NCBI RefSeq assembly: GCF_029762515.1
Contig: NZ_JARVGN010000017.1
Location: 1-11,643, forward strand
DNA from: Methanocalculus sp.
GTDB lineage: Archaea; Halobacteriota; Methanomicrobia; Methanomicrobiales; Methanocorpusculaceae
DNA length: 11,643 bases
Direction of reading: 5' to 3'
Made by a program: the position numbers and the translations under genes. Shown here piece by piece: positions 1 through 6,052 of this stretch. Under the pieces are notes generated by a model. The model was not told the DNA's origin. It did no database searches and worked only from the letters and a program-made list of their open reading frames with translations. Within the stretch, counting starts at the first letter, position 1, and each line of letters starts with the position of its first letter.

Positions 1-74
1 GGACCGCCTTCGATTACCACCTCTGCGATGGCGATCAGATCCTTGGCACAGGTGATATCTTCCTCTCTAAGCAT
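1..74 (-). CDS. Possible 5' end of a gene running leftwards out of the window (start codon ATG at 72-74; N-terminus MLREEDITCAKDLIAIAEVVIEGG...)
   Basis: Reverse complement of 72-74 is ATG. It is preceded on the minus strand by AGGTG about 10 nt upstream (revcomp of 85-89). The frame stays open to position 1. Only 24 codons are visible, so identity is unknown. Confidence 0.25.
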   Translation of the reverse strand, partial: MLREEDITCAKDLIAIAEVVIEGG

Positions 75-98
75 GGGTATCAGGCACCTTCAAATTGG

Positions 99-128
99 AA
101 GGAAAAAGAATACAGAAAAAAGAAAAGG
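99..128 (-). terminator. Oligo-T tract (minus-strand sense CCTTTTCTTTTTTCTGTATTCTTTTTCC) just downstream of the SPFH gene stop; candidate archaeal-type intrinsic terminator
   Basis: On the minus strand the stop codon TAA lies at 147-149. T-rich runs follow within 20-50 nt. Archaeal terminators are typically oligo-T tracts. Not verified. Confidence 0.3.
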
Positions 129-146
129 ACTGCATGAGAAACAACC

Positions 147-2006
147 TTACCTCAATTTCTCCCCGCATCCCTTACAAATTTGGTCTGAACTGTCGTTTTT
201 GGTTTTACATACAGGGCAGATCAGACTCTCATCCGGTTGCACTGGGTTGATTATCACCGGCTGTCCCATGCCTCCGCCTCCGGCAACAACCGTTGAGCCC
301 TGTGCTTGATGGGCGCTGCTACGCGCCGTTGCTGTACTGCCCATCGCACCAAGAGCTTTATTCATTACATCGGCCAGCCGATCTGCATTTTCCCCAAATG
401 TTTTCTGCATCATATCCATGTATTTCTGCTGGTCTTCCAGTCGGGCATCGAATAGTTCCTTCATCTTGTCAGAACCAAATTTCGCTTTCAATGCTTCTGC
501 CGCTGTAACTGGATCCTTAGCATTGAGCGCGAGAATCTGTTCAGGAGAAAGGGCGTTAGCACGTCTCATTATCTCGATATTGGTAAGATATTCTGCAGCT
601 TTAGGATCACCAGTGATTACAATTTTTGATTCTGTCGAAGAATTGTCAATATTTTTAAGTCTCTTGCCTTCATTCTCGGTGGCATGATCTTGGTCCTTAT
701 GTTCGAGTTCCTGCTCTCCGGCCTTTTTTTGAAGAATTGCCTCAATTAATTTCTTTTTAGCCTCGATAAGAGCTATCAAATCTTTTCGATCACGATCGCG
801 CTCATGATCCGCAATTTTATCCTTATGATCCAAATCATGACCTAGTTCCGTATCTTCAATATCGTGACGGTGCTTCTGCTGAGCTTTCTCAAGGATAATT
901 GCGCGGATAAATTCCTGATCTTCCCTTTTATGAATAAGTTCAGTCTTTAACTCCTCGATATCATTCTCTCGAATAATGCCCGCCTTTGCAAGCTCATGGA
1001 TAAAAGAATCAACTGATTCCTTATCGGAAAGTTTACTGATTTCATCATCAGACAGCAATTTCCGGATTTTTTGTTCCGTATCAAGGTCCAGTCCTGTCGC
1101 TGTAACTTTCTTCGTCCTTTCGATGCGCCCGTCGATGATATCTTGCCATTCAGATTCATCGTATCGGACAAACCTGAGACGTTCTAAGGAAAATCCATAA
1201 TTTTGCAGGATTGGAGCGACTCGTGTTTGAACCCCACCTTCAATCTCATCTTTCACTGAAAGATTTCCATAGAGATCATCCATTCTATACTCGCGTAATG
1301 TTGATTGGACGACGCTCTGAATATCATACGAAAGATCGGCCTGAAGATCGGTCAGAAGAATCTGACTCTTTCCTTTCAGAAGATTGTCAATAAATTTTTT
1401 TGAGTCGGCGTTTCTGAGGGTCAGCGTACCGCTGACCCCGACCGGGATCGAATCGGCAGTACGGATCTGTGTCTTATCAAAGGTGAAATCGAGGGTGACA
1501 ATTCCGTCGTCAACGAGAACGATGGTTGCGCGGTCATCGAGATTGATTGGCAGGTGGGCCTCAAGGAATGTGCCGATATCATAATAGCCGGGTCTGAGAT
1601 CGCCCTGATACGCACCGCCCTGGAACAGAAGAGCGCGTGTTCCTTCAGCCACGGTGACCGTCTTTTTGAAAATGCCACGAAGGTCTTCAACTTCAAATCT
1701 GCTGGCAAAATCTCCCGGTTTTCTCCTCCACTGGCGGGTGCGAGTGAAATCCTCTTCATTTGATCCTACAAATTTGCCCAGTCGAGATGGTCTCACACTT
1801 GTTCCGCAACCTGGGCAGTATTTTGCATCCGGCGGAATGGAAGAACCACAATTATTGCATACATAGGCTTCGGATTTTGTTCCGCATTGCGAGCAGAATT
1901 TTGCATCCCGTTCCAGCGTTTTTCCACATTTCAAGCATTGTTTGCTTCCAGAAGCATTTTCTGCAATCTTTTCTATTTTCCCCTTGAATAGTTCCATAAT
2001 AATCAC
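147..2006 (-). CDS. SPFH/band-7 (flotillin/stomatin-like) domain protein with N-terminal double zinc ribbon, long charged coiled-coil region and C-terminal zinc ribbon; no obvious TM helix. Likely true start is ATG at 1995-1997 (MELFKGK...); the 2006 start is a GTG.
   Basis: This is the 619-aa ORF from the track. The N-terminus carries the CxxC spacing CLKCG...CSQCG...CNNCG...CPGCG, a double zinc ribbon. The central segment SIPVGVSGTLTLRNADSKKFIDNLL...LREYRMDDLYGN...LQNYGFSLERLRFVRYD matches the SPFH/band-7 pattern (strand-rich core, LR...Ly.nR motif, GI/F-x-L-x-x-v-x-I). A ~250-aa E/K/D/H-rich helical region follows, typical of flotillins. The C-terminus ends CPVCK...CKGCG, a zinc ribbon. 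Confidence 0.75.
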   Translation of the reverse strand: MIIMELFKGKIEKIAENASGSKQCLKCGKTLERDAKFCSQCGTKSEAYVCNNCGSSIPPDAKYCPGCGTSVRPSRLGKFVGSNEEDFTRTRQWRRKPGDFASRFEVEDLRGIFKKTVTVAEGTRALLFQGGAYQGDLRPGYYDIGTFLEAHLPINLDDRATIVLVDDGIVTLDFTFDKTQIRTADSIPVGVSGTLTLRNADSKKFIDNLLKGKSQILLTDLQADLSYDIQSVVQSTLREYRMDDLYGNLSVKDEIEGGVQTRVAPILQNYGFSLERLRFVRYDESEWQDIIDGRIERTKKVTATGLDLDTEQKIRKLLSDDEISKLSDKESVDSFIHELAKAGIIRENDIEELKTELIHKREDQEFIRAIILEKAQQKHRHDIEDTELGHDLDHKDKIADHERDRDRKDLIALIEAKKKLIEAILQKKAGEQELEHKDQDHATENEGKRLKNIDNSSTESKIVITGDPKAAEYLTNIEIMRRANALSPEQILALNAKDPVTAAEALKAKFGSDKMKELFDARLEDQQKYMDMMQKTFGENADRLADVMNKALGAMGSTATARSSAHQAQGSTVVAGGGGMGQPVIINPVQPDESLICPVCKTKNDSSDQICKGCGEKLR

Positions 2007-2130
2007 CAGTAATACACTCGTTGTTCGGACCCCGTACAGTGCAATTTTTCAGGTTAAGACGGGCATATTTGACGATCGGTATGTGCGCGTATCAAATTCA
2101 GCGATTCAGGCTGGATTTTGCATACAAGTA

Positions 2131-2175
2131 AAATGGTTGCATTGTCCCGATCGGTCGTGCTTAATACAACCATTT
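2131..2175. promoter_or_regulatory. Inverted repeat / stem-loop: 9-bp arms AAATGGTTG (2131-2139) and CAACCATTT (2167-2175) with a 27-nt loop containing the palindrome CCGATCGG (2147-2154); followed on the + strand by a T-rich tract
   Basis: The complementarity is directly visible. It lies in the 246-nt gap between the stop of the ESCRT-III/PspA-like gene (2253) and the start of the SPFH gene (1997/2006). It could be an operator or attenuator for the SPFH gene, or a terminator-like structure. Confidence 0.35.
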
Positions 2176-2252
2176 ATATTCCTTTTCTCTCATTTGAGTG
2201 ATTGCCGTTCACTAATTATAAATCATGCTCATTTTATTCGGATGTGGTTTCC

Positions 2253-2855
2253 TCATTTTTTCAATCCTGAAGATAATGTGCGAAAGAAATCATTTCCCAC
2301 AGAATCAAATGTGAGTCGATTCATTTGCATCTCGGTAATGAGTGATTCGATGTATGATTCCTCAACAGAAGCGGTTACTTCCTGAAAGATATGTTCAGCG
2401 GTGATCTCTGAAAGTTCGTCCATTAGAGCCCTGTGTTCTTCTTTGCTGTAACTGGCTTTTGCCAGCCACCATTCGAGTGTATCTGGGTCTATAGCCTGCA
2501 TCTTCTTCCAGACACCCGAGCGTTTCAGCGTTGTTTGCTGCTCCTTTATGGCGATGATATTCGAAAGCACGCGAAGATCCTTCTCAAGATGCATGCATGT
2601 AGTGGCTTTAAGCTGCCAGGACTCGGAAATTGCTCTGATACGTTTTGCATAGAAGGATGTCCCCGCTTCTTCGCATCCGGATGATGCTGCCGAGAAGAGT
2701 GTTCTAATCTGCTGTTCCAGATCTGTTTTTTCGTTCTGCAGTTTCTGGATCTGATACTTCATCTGAGATTCTGCCTTTCTGAGCTCCCCAAGATTCATCG
2801 AATCAAAAGGAGTTGTGTGGAATAGCCTTGAGAAGATGCTCATCGATTGATGCAC
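2253..2855 (-). CDS. ESCRT-III/PspA (Snf7 / IM30) superfamily coiled-coil protein, paralog B; probable true start ATG at 2841-2843 (MSIFSRLF...), 196 aa
   Basis: This is the 200-aa ORF. The N-terminal MSIFSRLF resembles the N-terminal amphipathic motif of ESCRT-III (CHMP4 MSVFGKLF) and PspA (MGIFSRF). The long helical hairpin has heptad character. The segment LSNIIAIKEQQTTLKRSGVWKKMQAIDPDTLE resembles the Snf7 helix-3/4 region (LK..k.m.idkvd.l.d). It aligns along its whole length with the adjacent 2871-3473 ORF. AGGTGG lies about 10 nt upstream of ATG 2843 on the minus strand. Confidence 0.6.
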   Translation of the reverse strand: MHQSMSIFSRLFHTTPFDSMNLGELRKAESQMKYQIQKLQNEKTDLEQQIRTLFSAASSGCEEAGTSFYAKRIRAISESWQLKATTCMHLEKDLRVLSNIIAIKEQQTTLKRSGVWKKMQAIDPDTLEWWLAKASYSKEEHRALMDELSEITAEHIFQEVTASVEESYIESLITEMQMNRLTFDSVGNDFFRTLSSGLKK

Positions 2856-2870
2856 CCACCTGATACTCTC

Positions 2871-3473
2871 TCAATCTTCTAGCTCCGCGATGGCTTTCTC
2901 AAGATCCTTTTCTATTGAAAAGAGACCGCCTGCTTCTTCCAGCTCCAGAGTTCCTGTCTCAACGCTGTTCCAGATCTCAAACATCTGCTTTTCAGCTTCA
3001 TCGAGATCATTGTCTGAGTCCGCAATATCCAGAGCGAAGATCTGGTTCAGATCGTCAACAACGTTCTCGAATCCCTTGCCTGCGAGATTTACCTGGATGA
3101 GCGAACTTTCAAAGGCATCGGGTGATATACTCTGAATCTTATCCCAAATTTGTGTTTTCTGGAGATCACGCTGGTACTTCTTGATTACCACAAGGTTTGA
3201 GATAAACATGTACTGCTTGTGCAGTGCCATAAAGTTACGAACCTTTAGTTTGGCACTCATGTCCATCTGCTTGAGCTCTTGTGCAAGCATCTTCTTTTTA
3301 ATGAGGTCGGCACCAACACCTTCTCCGAATTTTTGTTTCTTCTCTCGTTCAATCCTGTCGATTTCCTTACGAAGGCGATTTATACGACTTTTGAGCTTGA
3401 GTTCTTCTTCCTGCAGTTCAGAAACCTTGAGTTTCTCAATCCGGTTACGGCGGAAATGTTCTGTGATTTTCAT
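2871..3473 (-). CDS. ESCRT-III/PspA superfamily coiled-coil protein, paralog A (200 aa), first gene of the leftward operon
   Basis: It has the same length and co-linear similarity to paralog B (ELQEEELKLKSRINRLRKEIDRIEREKKQKF vs ELRKAESQMKYQIQKLQNEKTDLEQQIRTLF; ISNLVVIKKYQRDLQKTQIWDKIQSISPDAFE vs LSNIIAIKEQQTTLKRSGVWKKMQAIDPDTLE). The C-terminal tail is acidic. Only 27 nt separate its stop from the start of paralog B. GGTGA lies 6 nt upstream of the ATG, and a TATA box sits about 35 nt upstream. Confidence 0.55.
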   Translation of the reverse strand: MKITEHFRRNRIEKLKVSELQEEELKLKSRINRLRKEIDRIEREKKQKFGEGVGADLIKKKMLAQELKQMDMSAKLKVRNFMALHKQYMFISNLVVIKKYQRDLQKTQIWDKIQSISPDAFESSLIQVNLAGKGFENVVDDLNQIFALDIADSDNDLDEAEKQMFEIWNSVETGTLELEEAGGLFSIEKDLEKAIAELED

Positions 3474-3506
3474 CTTGTGTCACCGATCGCGAATTGTCGT
3501 CAATCC

Positions 3507-3515
3507 TATATAAAA
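3507..3515. promoter_or_regulatory. TATA-box-like element TATATAAAA (minus-strand sense TTTTATATA preceded by purine-rich GGAGGAAA, a BRE-like element) in the divergent intergenic region; probably the promoter of the leftward ESCRT-III/PspA-like operon
   Basis: It is positioned about 35 nt upstream of the ATG at 3473 on the minus strand, with a purine-rich tract immediately upstream, as in archaeal BRE/TATA promoters. A second AT-rich candidate (ATAATATTAAT, 3534-3544) faces the rightward operon. Confidence 0.4.
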
Positions 3516-3517
3516 TT

Positions 3518-3534
3518 TCCTCCTTTACGGAGGA
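3518..3534. promoter_or_regulatory. Perfect dyad TCCTCC-N5-GGAGGA between the two divergent promoters; candidate operator
   Basis: TCCTCC (3518-3523) and GGAGGA (3529-3534) are exact reverse complements separated by TTTAC. It is located between the TATA candidates of the two divergent operons. Confidence 0.35.
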
Positions 3535-3564
3535 TAATATTAATGGCCAATATGTAGTGCTCCG

Positions 3565-4131
3565 ATGTGGAGGTATTTTTTTATAGGAATGGTGCGTACA
3601 GATCCAATAAGAATGGATTATCTCCTGGTTGTGGATTATCACTCTGACGCGGAACGTAAACGGATTGATGCCACCATCGAGCGGTGGAAATCAAAGAAAA
3701 ACGTGCGCAAAGAGAAAGGCGTATTGATCCGGGCAAGTGATGACGATATCGAAGCCTTTCTGCAAGATCTTTATGCGCGACTGGATAGGGGGAGCGAGAG
3801 TGTTCGGATGTACAAAGCAGAGGCATGTAGTCCGGACGTTGGAGAGGTATCACGAACACTTCGATATGAGGCAGAGATTGATCAAGAGACTGTCCGACAA
3901 TTCTTACGATATATTCTCAATAAACTCAATGGTAGTTATGAAGGAGTTCGGGATGGCGTAGAATCATACACAGTCTATACCCGGAAAGGTCAGGCGTCAA
4001 CAGGTTTCGTCTGGGCGGATCATCCAGGGAAAACTAAATTGACAATTTTCGTGAGCGGTTTTGGTGATGTGGTCTCTTTTGTTGCAGAGCGGATTGACGA
4101 AGAGCTGAAAGCATTTCTGGGAGGGGTATAA
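3565..4131 (+). CDS. Hypothetical protein (188 aa from ATG 3565; alternative starts ATG 3589 or 3613), first gene of the rightward operon; no recognisable domain
   Basis: This is a long ORF with no stops. Its stop TAA (4129-4131) overlaps by 1 nt the ATG of the next gene (TAATG), which supports a translated, co-transcribed gene. There is no convincing Shine-Dalgarno sequence for any start, so it may be leaderless. I could not match the sequence to a known family. Confidence 0.55.
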   Translation: MWRYFFIGMVRTDPIRMDYLLVVDYHSDAERKRIDATIERWKSKKNVRKEKGVLIRASDDDIEAFLQDLYARLDRGSESVRMYKAEACSPDVGEVSRTLRYEAEIDQETVRQFLRYILNKLNGSYEGVRDGVESYTVYTRKGQASTGFVWADHPGKTKLTIFVSGFGDVVSFVAERIDEELKAFLGGV

Positions 4132-6044
4132 TGGCTGGTCAAAAAAAGACTGATTCACATTCAAAATATGTTCATCATTATCGACTTGGAACAACGCAAT
4201 ATAAAGCATCGCGATTTCTTGAGGCAATTAAGTCATTTGATAATGCATTGAAATATAAACCACAATCATACTGGGCGTGGAATGAAAAAGGGAATGCGCT
4301 CAGAAAACTGGGTCGGCTTGAAGAGGCGTTGAAATGCTATAACCATGCTACTTCCCTTGACAGATCAAAATCATATCCATTCGCGTATATAGGTAGGGGA
4401 GACGTCCATCGTGAACAAAAAACGTATAAAAAAGCAATTTCTAACTATAATCAAGCCTTAAAAATCAAAAGGCATCCATTTGCCTTAAATGGTAAAGCAC
4501 AGTGCTTTTATGAAACAGGTAACAAAAATGAAGCATTTCAGCTAGCGGAAGAGGCAATACTTTTGCGTCCTTATTTTGAACATCCGTATATTTTAACCGG
4601 AGATATTCTATTTGACCGTGGTTTGTACAAAGATGCAAAGGAAAGGTATGAAAGAGCTATCGGATTAATCGATACAGGTTCAAGTGAACTTCGTGCAGCT
4701 TTACATAAAAAAATACAGGATTGCAGTATGAAGATTGATGCCGAATCTCCGGGGATTAAGGACGAGCCTGATATTGATCCGGAAGATATTGGTGCTCTTC
4801 TCTCTCAACTTCGCTCGGGAAATGACAGTGGGCGTGCAGAAGCATCGTATAATCTTGATATCTGTGCGAAAAAGAACCTGGCAGGCCAGATCATCAGACA
4901 CCGGCCCTTTCCTCTCTTTGAGTCTGCTCTGGGTGATCCGGTTCCGGAGGTGCGGAAACAAGTTCAATGGATTCTTGGTAATCTTGCACTGCACGGGTTT
5001 TCCTACGAAGTCACTGAATCTGGAGTATTGGGCCTTCTTGCAGCAAATCTTGGCGATACCAATGAAGAAGTGCGTAGTGCAGCAGCATGGACACTTGCCG
5101 TCATAGCTGAGGTCGGACAGGGTATTCGAGTGGCAGAAACGGGTATGATCCACTCCTGTATCCAGCTGTTAGATGACAGTAATGCTGGAGTCCGTTCTTC
5201 AGCGGCCCTTGCTCTGGATAAAGTTGCCTTTTATGCAAGCCCGGAGCCAATTGTTCATGCCGATGGGGTTGTGAACCTTGCTGGGCATATCCTGGATACG
5301 GATACCGGAGTACGTGCGAGTACCCTATGGGCGCTCTGGTCTATCGCCTTCCGAGGATATGTCGACAGTATATGCGATGCTCCGGACCTGATCACCGATC
5401 TTAAGCAGTCAGCCCAGAGCAGAAACCTTGAAATTCGGAAAGCTGCGATTTCTCTGATTGGGGAACTTTCAACCGTTTCTGATAAATCGTTCTTGGAAAA
5501 TAAAGATCTTGAGCGAATTCTCATTTCCGGGATTGGTTCCCGAAGTAACCGTGTTCGGGGTGCCTCGATATGGGCTGTTGGGAGATGGGCAGATGCAGGA
5601 ATTGCTACCTCCTTGATTCGGAGCGGGGTTAAGGAAGCAATGAGAAACTGCCGGGATGACCACACAAATGTTCACGTTTTTTACCACAGTGAACTCCGCT
5701 GGAAGCAACGCTCTATTGGCGGTATCGCGGACGATGTCCTGAAAAAGCTGGATGAACCCACGGCCGCTCCAGATGATCTTGCTCCCTGCGAAGCTGATTA
5801 TCGTACCGCATATTTTGTCGTAAATAGTTATGTAGAACATTTGGCCCAAAGCGAACTTCATGAGGCTCGCAAAAAAGTCGTTCATCTGGAACAATTTGTA
5901 TGTGGTCCTACTCTTGAGGTAGTCCGGTATCAAAGGGATCACCTGGATCTCTATATCCAACAAGAAATTGATGAAATTCCTGAAGAGTTCGTCAATGAAG
6001 CAGAGTTATTAAAAGAGGAAATCCTCCGCAGAGCGCTGGCATAG
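4131..6044 (+). CDS. TPR-repeat + HEAT-repeat (PBS-lyase-type) scaffold protein, 637 aa
   Basis: The N-terminal ~200 aa carries TPR-like 34-residue repeats (AIKSFDNALKYKPQSYWAWNEKGNALRKLGRLEEALKCYNHATSLD ... AISNYNQALKIKRH ...). The middle carries at least 7 HEAT_PBS-like repeats with the signature D.d..VR..A..aLg.i (DPVPEVRKQVQWILGNLA, DTNEEVRSAAAWTLAVIA, DSNAGVRSSAALALDKVA, DTDTGVRASTLWALWSIA, SRNLEIRKAAISLIGEL, SRSNRVRGASIWAVGRWA). A strong RBS, GGAGGGG, lies 6-11 nt upstream. Confidence 0.8.
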   Translation: MAGQKKTDSHSKYVHHYRLGTTQYKASRFLEAIKSFDNALKYKPQSYWAWNEKGNALRKLGRLEEALKCYNHATSLDRSKSYPFAYIGRGDVHREQKTYKKAISNYNQALKIKRHPFALNGKAQCFYETGNKNEAFQLAEEAILLRPYFEHPYILTGDILFDRGLYKDAKERYERAIGLIDTGSSELRAALHKKIQDCSMKIDAESPGIKDEPDIDPEDIGALLSQLRSGNDSGRAEASYNLDICAKKNLAGQIIRHRPFPLFESALGDPVPEVRKQVQWILGNLALHGFSYEVTESGVLGLLAANLGDTNEEVRSAAAWTLAVIAEVGQGIRVAETGMIHSCIQLLDDSNAGVRSSAALALDKVAFYASPEPIVHADGVVNLAGHILDTDTGVRASTLWALWSIAFRGYVDSICDAPDLITDLKQSAQSRNLEIRKAAISLIGELSTVSDKSFLENKDLERILISGIGSRSNRVRGASIWAVGRWADAGIATSLIRSGVKEAMRNCRDDHTNVHVFYHSELRWKQRSIGGIADDVLKKLDEPTAAPDDLAPCEADYRTAYFVVNSYVEHLAQSELHEARKKVVHLEQFVCGPTLEVVRYQRDHLDLYIQQEIDEIPEEFVNEAELLKEEILRRALA

Positions 6045-6052
6045 GGGATAAT

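Noticed and set aside
28-687. Track ORFs 28-309(+), 293-508(+), 418-687(+)
   Set aside because: All are antisense or overlapping frames inside the well-supported 619-aa SPFH gene. Their translations are low-complexity (S/P/L-rich) with no motifs.
947-2385. Track ORFs 947-1171(-), 976-1200(+), 1211-1393(+), 1384-1584(+), 1421-1759(-), 1554-1763(+), 1654-1866(+), 1760-1987(+), 1942-2385(+)
   Set aside because: These are short alternative-frame ORFs nested in or overlapping the SPFH gene and the upstream spacer. None has an RBS or recognisable sequence features. 1942-2385(+) would span an intergenic region containing a hairpin and also overlaps the 3' end of the PspA-like gene.
2253-3473. Considered calling the two 200-aa proteins simply PspA (phage-shock protein A)
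   Set aside because: The N-terminal motif fits both PspA and ESCRT-III, and the two families are homologous. However two differentiated paralogs beside a Vps4-type MIT-AAA ATPase is the ESCRT-III pattern. They are therefore annotated at superfamily level rather than as PspA, pending profile searches.
2433-3557. Track ORFs 2433-2684(+), 2890-3135(+), 2915-3100(+), 3181-3513(+), 3279-3557(+), 3445-3642(-)
   Set aside because: They are antisense to the two paralogous ESCRT-III/PspA-like genes, or they cross the divergent promoter. Their Ser/Cys/Leu-rich translations are typical of the reverse strand of Lys/Glu-rich coiled-coil genes.
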